This document shows positions 50,682-62,962 of a DNA stretch of 64,000 nt, one piece after another (the first letter of the stretch is position 1; each line of letters opens with the position of its first letter). This DNA is from Rhizophagus irregularis (taxonomy: Eukaryota). Made by a program: the position numbers and the translations under genes. The stretch lies in contig NC_089432.1 of NCBI RefSeq assembly GCF_026210795.1, positions 3,472,001 through 3,536,000 of the forward strand, read 5' to 3'. The notes below the pieces were generated by a model, which was not told where the DNA came from, searched no databases, and worked only from the letters and a program-made list of their open reading frames with translations.

Positions 50682-51640
50682 TCAGTATAGCCATAGGACC
50701 GGCAAACTCTGGCCAGTGAGCGCCAGTCTAAGAAATTCACCCCTTATATCGTATTGGGATAAGATATCCTGATTAGGGATGGCAACGGTCAGTCATGGTC
50801 AGTTACCAGTCGGTCATAACCGGTTATGGGTCTTTGACTGACTGACTGTTTTTGCTGACCATTTTTCTGACCGTTTAACTGACCATTTAACCGTTTTTTT
50901 AGTGAATTTAATTAAGAAAAAACATTAAAAAGTTTTTTTTTTGATTAAATCCGCTAACAAAAACATTATACAACTTTTTTTATTGATTCAGCTCATAAAA
51001 AAAGTGTTAAATAAATAGGGTTAATTAAATGGTCAGTTAACGATCGGTTAAACGGTCGGTCAAACGGTCGGTCAAAACTGGTCAGTTAAATAATCGGTCA
51101 GAGCCTTTGACTGACCGATATCGGTCACGGTTATTAACCGGTCATGACCGGTTATGACTGTAACCATTGCCATCCCTAATCCTGATAGTACCTGTTTAGT
51201 TCATGGTCATGTTTTAAATAATATTGTGTACGACGATTTGTAAAATAACATATAAGTCATTTTTTATTATGAAGTAGTTGTCTTCTACCATAGAAAGAAG
51301 AATTTAAGAAACCTTTATGATTATATAGCATAGAAAGAGAAATAGTCCTTGCATATAAACGATTAAGAATATTTCTCCATATCTCACTTACCTTGCAGTA
51401 GTTAACAATTTCAGTAATATTGAGATGATCATATAGGTGAAAAATAATATTATCCCGAATGCTGGGAATACTAATAAACTCAGCTTTTCTTTTTTTTCGA
51501 ATACTATGCTTAGATACAGCATTCCATTGGTGATTTACTCTGGCACAACTCCTATAAAGATCTTTCTTACTAAGAAAGGCAAAGATAGTTTCAAGTAATT
51601 TATTATACATATTTTTTTTCCTGCAGATAATCATCGTCAA
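50682..51640 (-). pseudogene. F-box protein pseudogene with two F-box-like segments
   Basis: LLETIFAFLSKKDLYRSCARVNHQWN and IPSIRDNIIFHL..NYCKVSEIWR. Beyond TGA at 51257 the frame stays open across the hAT empty site (YYQD/ILSQYD). Confidence 0.65.
50774..51178. mobile_element. hAT MITE, 405 bp, perfect 8-bp TSD ATCCTGAT
   Basis: Ends TAGGGATGGCAA...TTGCCATCCCTA. TSD at 50766-50773 and 51179-51186. GGTCA/TGACC subterminal repeats. Confidence 0.95.
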
Positions 51641-53031
51641 TTGAATTGGATAAATTATCTAGTAATGGCTAGAAAATCTAGAAATAAAATTATAGTACAA
51701 ATAAACGTAAGTATATATTCTTATAATTTTATTTTTATATGATTTAGAATTTTTATTAAATAATTATAATTAAATTTTGTAGTTTCTAATAATAAAACAA
51801 ACTAATAATTCTGATGAAAACAAGAATTCAGAATAAACTCTACAAGATAATTTAAGTAAAAAATCTGTTACTGTTCGTCGCTCAACAAGAAAACATACTT
51901 TTTCTACTATAAATCCCTCATCAAAGAAAATTAACCCTAAAAAATCCAAATAATAGGCGCAAGACTGCAGGTAAGTTCACTACTAACCCCACGCAGTATT
52001 TGCCATTATGCAATCCGGCCAAATATGATCACACATATAATAGGGCAACTGGCTTTATCACTGTCAAGAATATAAAGGAAGACAGGATTGTTAGCGTGTT
52101 TGATTATCCCGAACTGTGCGAATATCTGAGAACCTGAACCAGTCCGGAGCAGTGATCAACTAAATATTGCACAATTTTATTTTTTCTTCCCAATAATTAG
52201 ACTAACTTCCGCAGTACTGAAGGTAAGAATGGAAAGCGAGCGCCAAGCCGAAAGGAACCAAGTGAAAAAGATTTATCCAATAATTTACCTAGCGATCCGG
52301 AGGAGCTAACCAAAGTATTTGAGAAAAATTTGGAGGGACTAGAAAACCTTGTAAAATTGTTTAAAAGCGATGTTAGTAAAATGTTGATCCCAATTTCCCA
52401 AGCAGATCGATTAATGCTAGTCCGGAGAAATGATCATCATCTCGGAAGAATTGCTGAGCCATGCACTGCGCCTTCGGCCAAATTGTGCGACAAAATAAAT
52501 GATCACACGGGCAGGTCTGTGTGACAGGGAAATTTCTCACATATCAAGTGAAAGAAGTGAAAGAAATTACTATTCTTATTTTATTCCCAAACAAACATGA
52601 GAAAAATGTGAAAGAAGGTCTAGTTGCAACACAGGACCTACCCTATAAGTTAATAGTGCCGACAAAGGCATATGTTATGAAAGGCTGAGGGACTCGCAAT
52701 TTCGAGATCGCCAGGCGTAAAGCCAACTATTTGTCTTGCAAGGTAGATCTACATGTGAAAAGGTATGAAGATTCCATTAGCATGTGCCTTCAAAGAACTC
52801 TTGGCATCATACGACAATGTTAATTACGCCTCATACCTCCTTAAATTTTTCCCAGCAAGATATAAACCATGTATGAGTATGTGGAAGTTCAGCCAACCTT
52901 CCCGCAAAAACATTCCCAGAGAAAATAACATAAAATAAGGTATGTATATACCCTAAATTATGTATGTATGGGAGGGTCCCTGGGACCGAGCGAGTTTTTC
53001 TCACTATGGGCCTTGTATTTAGGAAAGCAAG

Positions 53032-53409
53032 ATGTCTTCCAGCTCCACTATAGCTGAGAGGTTAGAAGGATATGAAACGAAAAGACTTATCGATTTTTTG
53101 CGGGGAGATTCTGAATTAAGTCATATAGAACTTGGGGATGGCTTTTTTACGAGACTTGAGGAGGAAAAAATCACCAGTCATTTATTTTCAAGTTAACCAG
53201 ACAGGAATTTAAAGAATTTGAAATGGGATTGAGACCAGCATTGGAGCTTGAGGACTACATTAAGAAGCTGTGTGAGTAATTTGGCCGAAAGGCGCTTTGC
53301 ATAATGTTATAGCTGAAATCTAATGAGCGTTGTTCTTACTATCATTATCTTTGTAACAGATGATCGAAAAGCAAGAGTAAATTTAGAAGATGTTCGCGTT
53401 AAAAAATAG
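53032..53409 (+). pseudogene. small SAM-like domain gene, frameshifted
   Basis: MSSSSTIAERLEGYETKRLIDFL...LEEEKITSHLF, frameshift, KLTRQEFKEFEMGLRPALELEDYIKKL. Intron ~53272-53359. Confidence 0.65.
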
Positions 53410-53590
53410 TATTTTTTTATTCATATAATGTAAAGCGATCTATTCGCAATTTTTATGTATTGTAAGCCGGCTTCCGGCAACGTTTTTATTTCATAAATAA
53501 AGTATTATCTTATCGAACATATATGAGAAACGGGTCACGTGAAATGATGCAATGCCTTTTAACCGAGCCAACTATCCCTGTAAATACGCC

Positions 53591-55010
53591 ATGTCAACTA
53601 TTACTCTTAGCTGTTTGGAGAAAACCCTTACGATAATTCTTTTCCGGTTGATATTGATACTAACAAGGTTAAGACTGTTGGGCATCTCAAGGACGCTATC
53701 AAGGAAAAAATTGACGATAATGTTAAGGCAAAAGACCTCAAGCTATGGAAGGTCGACATTTGCTTCGAAAAAGAAAACAAGAAACTTGAGCTCGTCAACA
53801 CAAAAATAAATAAATGTTAATATCAAGGAGGACCTTGGTGGTGAGGAACTTCCACCTCTTTCGAAGATTAGCAAACACTTTTCTTCCCAGCCAGCCGACG
53901 AGCACATACATATAATCGTACAGCGTCCTGTTGAGACGAAAGAAGTTCACTGCACCGCAACGTATGGTCGTAAGTCAGAGAAATTCTTGTGGGCTGTAAC
54001 TCGTGGGCAAATAACCTTGTCAGCTTTGAAGACGAGGCTTCGAACTTGTTTTGCTTTCCCGGATGGAACTGAAGACGAGCATATTGTCATAATTCGTGAG
54101 AGTGGAAAGGAACATGTTCGTTTGGTCGATGATGAGGATTTGGCATGTATAATCTGGACTCAAGGATTCAAGGTGGACCTCCCAATTATCGTGGACACAT
54201 GTAGGTGTGTGGTGATTTTTTTATGAGATTTATGCAACAGACTCTAACAGATTTAATCTTGGTGTTTCTACAGCACAACAACCATTCTCGTCGTGGACGT
54301 TTCCTAAAATCAAGTCATTGTTCGGGTTAACAGCTGATAGTTATATTGATCTACCTAGGTTCGATGGAGGCTCCGCTGATGCCTCCGATTACAAAAAGGT
54401 ATTGGAGCACGTTTTGGAAGATATAGCTATGAAGCATAAGACTTGCATTCACGTAACTAGTGCAAACGAAGCAACAAGACGCGAATTTATTTCCTCCATT
54501 CTTCACGGCGTAGCCTCTTGCTATGATGGAGAAGTGAAAGTATGTCCAGAATATGAGTTATCCGGAAGCCATGGTAAAGGGCCAGTGGATTGGGTTATCA
54601 AGATTGGAGATACGATTATTGTCGTTACCGAGGCTAAAAGGGAGGATATTAACCAGGGTGTTGGCCAGAATGCAATTCAGTTACAAGCTTCGTCTCAACG
54701 CAATAAAAAGAAACGCACATACAATGAGGCTTTACGTGAAGATGTAATGTATGGTATCGTTTCGACAGGGGTTGACTGGGTCATAATTAAGTTAGTCACT
54801 ACTGGCGAATGTAATGACAATGATAATGGGAATGTTGAGGTATTATTGAGTTCGCGAACACCATTTACTTTTCCTATTAATGAGAGTGTGTTTGACAAAA
54901 GTCTTATGCTTGAAAAACTCAAGAATTTGTTCGGGCAAATCAAGTGGGTGTTTGATAGTCAGATCGAATCACAGGAATCGTTGAAGCGGGTAAAAACAGA
55001 AGATAAATAA
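53591..55010 (+). pseudogene. Crinkler (CRN) protein with C-terminal PD-(D/E)XK nuclease; N-terminus frameshifted
   Basis: MSTITLSCL, ...DLKLWKV, ...HIHIIVQ, a middle domain, intron 54201-54273, then NEATRREFIS..PEYELSG..GPVDW..VTEAK..Q...QL..YGIVSTG. Frameshifts near 53618 and ~53810. Confidence 0.85.
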
Positions 55011-55170
55011 GATAGTCTTGTTAGACACTAGCATAGAAAAAATCGTCATGTATCCTGGGCAAAGTCCCGATCATTGTATTTATTTTTTTATTCTATCTTA
55101 ATAAAACTTGTCTTTACATTCACAACAAAACATTGAATAATTCACATTCTTGTATAAAATTTTATTGATC

Positions 55171-55598
55171 ATGTCAAGCACTCAATCCAACGATTCATTA
55201 AGAGAATTAAATGCCAAGCTCTTAGCTGAGATTTGTGAGCTTAGGAAGAAGGTTGCTGAGGATGAGGTTGAAAAAATGAAACTGAGACAGGAGCTTAAGG
55301 CAAGAACTGATGTATTTCTTCTGTGAAGAGTCATGATGATCAGAGTAGTTCAGAAAATTCGGAAAAAAATGGAAATTCCGTCACGATTCGTGACGATCGG
55401 CAGAAAAATATTCCGGTCATTACTACGTCTCAGGAAAATAATGATGATGACATTGAGTTCACTAAAAGTCAGGTTATAGAGCAAGAATTAACAAAGGAAT
55501 TGCTCACGGTATCATTTCCGCGATTTTTTTATGCCGATCAGAAGGAAATCAGGACAATGCCTAAATGCGGTGTGATCAAAGGGATTTTGCGTGCGTAA
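55171..55598 (+). pseudogene. coiled-coil protein family fragment
   Basis: MSSTQSNDSLRELNAKLLAEICELRKK..., frameshifted into ORF 55323-55598. Confidence 0.5.
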
Positions 55599-56066
55599 TG
55601 GAGAATCCTGTTATCATTACCATTTAAAGGAAGTTACGGTTTTTGTATGAAATCGATCGATGTCATTAATAAGTCGTATATGATTTTCTAGCATTCTAGA
55701 TTCGCTGAATCCAGGCCGATCGAGATTTGTAATGCAATAGATGAGCTACATTAATCATCCATTTTTACCGTTTCAGGGATAAACTATACACAACTTTGGG
55801 CGAACTAACTCGGGCAGGATAAAAATCTCTATTTTGCCATATCATGATCCGCAGAATGCAAATCGGGGGTATCTTGCGTACGTAATGAAAGAACTTTCGG
55901 GAAACATGTAATCAACACGGTTAATTTTTGCAAGATTTATTACAGCAAAAAGCAATGCAAACTACGCAAAACATTTTTATTAGCCAATATTTTTACACAT
56001 GTTAACACTATACTTTTCTGATTATTATACTGTACAAATTTGGGAACGGAGGCCCCTTATATACAA

Positions 56067-57692
56067 TTAAATTTCACTCATAAGTTTAAAACTTACTTCA
56101 AACTCACTTCGAACATGTTGTAAAATCAAATGAATAGGAACAACTGATACTAATAAACCATCCGGAGAAACTCCTTGAAGAATCCCCCACAATGTATTAT
56201 TTTTATCGAAAACCGGAGAACCTGAATCTCCGGGAGCACCTATACATACAGTAGGATGATGAGAATCTGGAAACAAGCCCAAATAATCTTTGCTAAACAG
56301 ATACTTACCAAATCTTTCTTTGGCGCTAACGACTAAAGTTTTCACATGACCAAATTTACGATTATAAAAAAATTCCAACCTATCCTCTACCACTCCTTCA
56401 GTATAATTTGTTGTCCTACCAAATTTACGAATCTCATATTCAATTTCAGGGCCACTCCCGGAATCCTTCGTATTACTTATACAAAATTCAGGGGTATTAT
56501 TAGTAGACACTACTTGGCTATTAATAACCTCGCAGAAAGCGTAGTCAAGCAAAAGTGCATCTGCATCTTCATGTTCATGTATAACACCATAAAAATTATA
56601 CTTTGATACCTTGGCACAAATGGTATAACCCTTTTTATCAAAAAAATATTAGTAAGAAGAAAAATAAATGTCAAAACTTCATTGAGTACATACTTTTTCG
56701 GCATCAGAACTACCCGGCTGAATTACCGTACTGTCAGTATTTCCAACGCTATGCTTCGTTGTAAGTATAAAGATTTTTTCCATTTCGGTTTCATTTTTAA
56801 ACATTGCTCCTAACGTACAAGCACTTACACTACCAATGCTGATACCGGGTGAAAGAGCTACAGGTCTTGTATGACAAGCCGGTTCTATAGTTCCGTAGTC
56901 TAAGAGTACAGGATAACCTTCGAACTCCGTAGGGAGTTCAACCGGCGTACCCTTGGGTACATGAACATAAGCAATTATAGCCGGTCCTCCATTAACTATT
57001 CCTGAGTTCATATATGACAATGGAGTATCCTTTATATATGTACTCCAAAATCTTGAAAGAATTACACGTCGTGGTAACATGCCAGTGCCCGTAATTGGTA
57101 GTATTTCCTGATAACCGATGTATGACTGACTTTTTTTTTCTAGTCGCATCAGAGGTGTTAGAAAATAATTAAAAATGCGAAACATTCAAATTTGACAAAT
57201 TACACCTGTCATACTCAAACGGTTAAATGTTTCAGATAAATCCGCCTCAGCAGGAATGAGATTCGTGAATTTAGCCTTTGGTTCATTGGGCGTATTGGTC
57301 TCCCAAAGGACAAGTTGCACGATGATGTGAACGGCAGACTTGCTTCCCTCATCTTTGAAACTATTCTCATTGAAATATTCACTAAGACTTGATTGAGGAT
57401 TCATCAATTCGCCTCCAAGTTTTTCTCTGATGTCACTTTCAGTAAATTCTTTAAGATTGTCTTCTTCTTCATTAACTTTCATGCTGTCAATTTTCCAAAG
57501 ATCCATTTCTCCAGTATTTCGAACTACATCTTTTACTTCGCCCCTACGAAAGAGCATCTCTTTGAAGTGTGAAACCTTAAATTCAGAAAATTTGATTTCA
57601 ACATTATTATCATCGGAATATCTTTCGCCAATGTTTTCAGTGAAACTTTTTTCAGAAGCTTGTCCTAGAATCAAACAATTAAGCGACAACAT
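56067..57692 (-). CDS. Crinkler (CRN) N-terminal domain fused to a trypsin-like serine protease; 4 exons, probably intact
   Basis: CRN motifs LNCLILG, LWKI, VHIIVQ. Protease triad LTTKH, LDYAF, PGDSGSPV, plus KFGRTT. GT-AG introns at ~57206-57141, ~56692-56631 and ~56307-56240 join the ORFs in frame. Confidence 0.85.
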
Positions 57693-58761
57693 TATTTCAT
57701 TCCTGTAAAAGCGAAAAAAAGTTTCAAGAAAATTTGAGCAGAGAATTTTTTGTGAACTTTGTATACTTTTCTGAATAAATCATGATTAATTAATTATAAA
57801 ATGATCTTTATAAACTCTTAATTGGTGACACGAAATATGATATAATGACATAAAGGATATAAGTATAGTAAAAAAAAAGTTTATAAAATTAATTTATCAG
57901 AGAGCGAAAAAAGAGTGATTCATACGATTTTATTGTTACTATTGTTACTCAGATAGGTATTTATTTAACCCTTCGGTTGTACAACAATTAGTAGCCAATA
58001 AAATTAAATTTAAATTATGTCATAACGATAACTTGTAAAGTCTCCATAAAGTCTCAGTATATTCCCATAAACTTCAGAAACCGATCTCCAAACACATAGC
58101 TTCCTCCACCTCTTTTAGGAATAATTCCAGTTAAGCAAACCTTTTTTTTGGGTTTGCTGTGCTATAAAGCTTAATTAGTTACTTTTCTTTAGCAAAAAGT
58201 GAAACATAGTCAATATCTTGATTAATATCGACTTCCTCTGTAATATCTATGTATATCTAATATTATTGTATTTTTTATATTATTGTATTTTTTATTTTAT
58301 TGTAGTGAAAAGATTTTTCTAATAATTGTATTTTTTATTTTATTGTAATGAAAAGATATATATATATATATATATATATTTCTAATAATAAGATTTTTCT
58401 AATATAGAAAAGGAATTTATTTTTTAAAGTTTATTGACAAAATAATCCAATGTTTCTTGGCAATTTATTGTTAGTAAAAATGATGTGTCATAAATAAACC
58501 ATATGAATTTAACTTTTATAGATTTCAAACATTTAACAGCTTTTATTTTTTATTAAATTCCAAATATATAAAATATGACCAAAACAGAGAGTATTATTAA
58601 TTCTTAACTAAGAAAATATTTTTATTATTAAACAATAATCCCCTGTCGCACTAAGTGTCACTCATGATCACCTTCATACTAATTTTTAAAAATTGCGAGA
58701 TAGCCGAATTTTAGTTTAAAATAGTTAATATTTAATGTGTAACACGCTCCAGGGGATTACC

Positions 58762-58848
58762 CATTTATTTCATGGGAAGGGGAAACATTAGGGTTTTTTC
58801 CCTTCGGGAAAAAAACCCTATTATTCCCAACTCCCCATGGAATAAATG
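58762..58848. other. ~87-bp imperfect palindrome/hairpin
   Basis: CATTTATTTCATGGG..TAGGGTTTTTTCCC TTCG GGAAAAAAACCCTA..CCCATGGAATAAATG. Confidence 0.75.
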
Positions 58849-59103
58849 ATACTAATTCGGTATCAAAATATTCATTTTTAAAAAACTTTCTTATACTAAA
58901 ATAATGAATAATTAAATTTATGAAACATAATTGTATTATTCTCATTGTTTTTAGTATTATTTAATTATTAATCATATAAAACTTCTTTCTGAGAACCGTT
59001 CAAAAACAAAATTTTACATTATTTGTAATAATTTTGTTAATACTTTGTAACGAATAACAAAATAGTAAATGCAATCATATGACGATTTGTCTCATCTCGT
59101 GAT

Positions 59104-59247
59104 GGACAAATTTATCCTGAACCGGGGTCCAGGTTCTTTATCCTAAACCCCCTATATAAATAAGTTTTTTCAGAGTAATCGTCACGTGATTAATACAGTT
59201 GCGGTCTAGGATAAGAACCTGAACCCCGGTCTATTTTAAGGACACTC
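59104..59247. mobile_element. Mutator-like MITE, 144 bp, 9-bp TSD TCTCGTGAT
   Basis: TSD at 59095-59103 and 59248-59256, G...C ends. The inverted repeat ACCGGGGT.CAGGTTCTT(T)ATCCTA.ACC starts about 17 bp inside each end. Confidence 0.8.
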
Positions 59248-59882
59248 TCTCGTGATTCGTTTTATCACATGACTCTCAAAGATCGCATCTCGAATTTATT
59301 TCGCTGTCCAGCATGTGTAATATAAAATTATAAAATTTAAATGTCATAATATTTCATAAATTATAATTATTAACAATTTATTTGATATTATGCTATATGA
59401 TTTAATATGATACTAAAATTACAAATATTACGACTTTATTGTAATTTATTTGTAGAAGTATATACCTAAGTTGTAATAATGAGTAAGAGTAAAAATACAA
59501 ACGATGAATACCTCAAGTTTTACATAATAATAATGAATAATATACATAATTAGAAAATTTACCTATCTTTACGTTAAATAGGACATATTATAATTCAATA
59601 ATATGAATGTTGCGGTTATACGATTTCGAATCATATGTACACGACTAATAGTATCACACGTCTATTCACGTCTATAAAATTGATATATACTGAGTCATGT
59701 GATAAAATGAGAATTCTGGTAATAAACGATCAAATTTATTATGCCAATATGCAATAGTGCAGTAGTGAGTCGGACTGACATAAAATGCTTAATTTTTTTG
59801 TTAACACATGATAATTTTTAATTAAATTTATGAATATTGTAAAAATTAATATTCTTAAAAAAATTAAACATTTTTATATATA

Positions 59883-60066
59883 CAAGTGCCGCCCGTTATA
59901 ATGACATCTCGTTATAACGACATATCTGATATTATTGTATAACGACATACCATTTTTTTGAATTCCTTTATGTCGTTATATAAAACATAATAAATTACAT
60001 TATAACGACAATTAGAAAAAATTTACTAATGACCCGAAGAGTGTTCGTTATAACGGGCGGTACCTG
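59883..60066. mobile_element. pogo-like MITE, 184 bp
   Basis: TA|CAAGTGCCGCCCGTTATAA...TTATAACGGGCGGTACCTG|TA. Confidence 0.88.
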
Positions 60067-62962
60067 TAATATGACTTTCGCAAAAATCAATGTATTTATT
60101 TTTAAAAATTATATTTTTATTAATATTTATCAACCATACTTCGCAAAATCTATTGTTCAGTCGATTAGGAATATGCGGGATTTTAATGACCGATATTTTT
60201 ATGAGACATCAATCGTTATTAGTAGCATTAATTCCTATTGGTCACCTTAGTATTCCTAATGACTATAACTCAGTTATTGGGTAGAAAAATAAATTAATTT
60301 CAGTTTTTTGCTTTATATTAAATAAAAATATAATGTTTTGCATATAAAGATATAAATTTTTTTTTGTAGCGGTTAATATTTTAATAAATCGCGCAATGAA
60401 TATAAAATTAAATTATTTTTAGAGTTTTTTTTCCAGGATATCATCACTTTAACATTCAAGTAACTGATATTAATTGTTAAGAAATAGATAAATCACTTTA
60501 TTTTCCTGAAATATCCTTTCGGTGAAATGGACTTCAGCGAAAGTCCGGATACCTTTTTTATTTATGAGGATATTATTAAGTGTCGGAATAATGAGTGTCG
60601 AGAATTTTGAATTTTGGGGATCATGATTTATGAGCCAGGTTGGATTCTGATCGTCGGGATTTCGTAAGTCCTCTCTTTCTGTGTCCTTTTTTGGAATTCC
60701 GTTCAAAGAAAATTTTCTTTTCCTTTTATACTCCTATTCTATGAATATATGATAAATATATCTAAATTTTTTTATGACCGTAAACACGAATTGTGTGATT
60801 ATGTGAATTATAATCAAACCATTTTTTGCCCTCTTGTCATAATTTTAACAATCTTATTAAGTAAATATCCATAATCTTGTTTTTCTTAAAAATTCAATGC
60901 TCTAAAAAAAAAAAGATTGTATGATCACTATAAATTGACCACCAAGTCATCAAGTAATCCCATAATTTTTATCATAAAGACTAAATTTTTAGACGATATA
61001 TCATATTCGTTTCCACGCATGATTTTATTTGTTTTTTAGTAACTTGTTTTCTCATTTTCATTTTCTAAAGAGAATTAAAAATTATTTCTTTTATAAAACA
61101 ATTACCGGACTTTTGCTACAATTTCTTTCTCTCACCTTCTTTTTTTTGGTCTCATAAATATTTATTACGAACTTTTCCTTTCAAAAAGTTATTTTGAATT
61201 ACCATGAATATCGACGAAGTAGTACAATTAAAGAAATCGTTAGCCAAAGCGATCAGCGAAGAGAAGACCTCTGTAAATGATTAACTGCATTCGCATTATT
61301 CCTAGAAAAAATCAAATACATTTTTTTAATTATATATCATAATTGTCCCTTTACCGATAACACATACGTCATCTCAGGATACCGAATCATTATAATTTAA
61401 TGGTTGAATTATAATGAGGGTGCCGCATAACCTTCTCTTACATGGCAAGACCAGACGTGCACCGACGCTTCTATCAACGTGGAATTAAGAAGATGCTCGA
61501 AAAGAATCAACAAAACGGTCAACATTAATTTTACCAAATTTATTTATTACGAAATGCATTTGACAAAGTTTACATTACTCCTAATTTTTTAACTAATTAA
61601 TCTGGTATTTTACAACCATAAAGAACTTTAAACATTTTTTTAACGAAACAACCCAAACCTGTTTCTGAGGAAAGTCGTAATTTTTGTCACTATGGATCAC
61701 GTGTGTTAGAGATCTAGTCCAATGAACGTTCGAGAGTTTAAGTACCACAACGAAATGAATTCTTGACTCCTGAAAAGAGGTATGTTTACTTAGGAGAAAT
61801 GTTTGCTTGATTTTTCATTTAGTATTTATTCGTCTTATACCTTTCTGCGGATATTTGAATCGCAGTTCTTGAACTCTCATTTACGACAATATATTAACGC
61901 AACTTTATATAATGAAACCTTTAACACAGAAACCTTTAACACAAATTACGCTTTATTTGCAAATTGGGTAGTTCTTGTAGACATGTTTTTTTCAAAAAAA
62001 AAATGAAAGAATTTTAACGGAAAGTTAATTAAATATTGTTTATAGTGATGATTGGTTTCAACAGAATTATAATTAACAACGTTGTTGAAATAGTTTTAAC
62101 TTGTTGATCTGAGTAATGTATTTTTATTAATAAAAATCATAAAATAATGTAGCTGTAAAAAAAATTCGATGGCAAATCTGAACATAAACCCAATACCTTT
62201 TTTTAGGTGTCTCTGGACTCTCTGTCTTCTCTTTCCTTTAGGTCTTCTTTTATTTTTCGATTAAACAATCTTGAACATCGTTGAATAATTCTCCGATAAG
62301 CAATGCATCTCTGTCTTCTCTTCTTTTATCTTTTCTTTGGGTCTTCTTTTTATTAGGTCTTCTCTTTGGCTCCCTTTTTTACATTTTCTTTTAGGTTGGG
62401 AGTGTGGGTTGTGGATAGGTGGGTGATGTCCTCGTTCTTCTCTTGTTTTCCCTCTTTCCCTTTCCCTTTTCCTTTCCCTTATTCCCTTGCTCTTTCCCCT
62501 TCCTTTCCCCCTTGATCAATGTTGCTGCTGGTGTCTGGCGACCAGGTGACAACAAATTTTTTAAAGACTTGGCTAAATATTAACGTTTTGTTCAATATAT
62601 TTATATTAAACTATAAATTAAAAATAAAATTTTTATTTATTTTCTCATCTATAATTATTATTTTGATTATTCAATTTTTAATTTTCACAAATGTATTAAT
62701 AACATCCAAAGATTATTAGATTATTAATCATTGAGATTTCTTTAATTAAATTCAAATGGGACAAATGCGCATTGTATACAAAAGTTAATTTAACTTTAAT
62801 TAATTAATTAATTAAACTTTATTACAGCTTTTAACAATTGTAACAACTAGCTAAAATTAATATAATAAATTTTAAAACGAATTTTTAAGAATTGCTTATT
62901 AATTGTTGACGTAATAGATAAAGAAATATTTTCATATAATGGTGCTTTTTATTTCATTGTCA
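59896..62962 (-). repeat. right arm of ~3-kb inverted repeat (partner 44008-47034)
   Basis: Reverse-complement similarity to the left arm. Retains more CpG than the left arm. Confidence 0.92.

Noticed and set aside
57965..57985. piggyBac-like end TTAA-CCCTTCGGTTGTAC
   Set aside because: No partner inverted end was found in the window.
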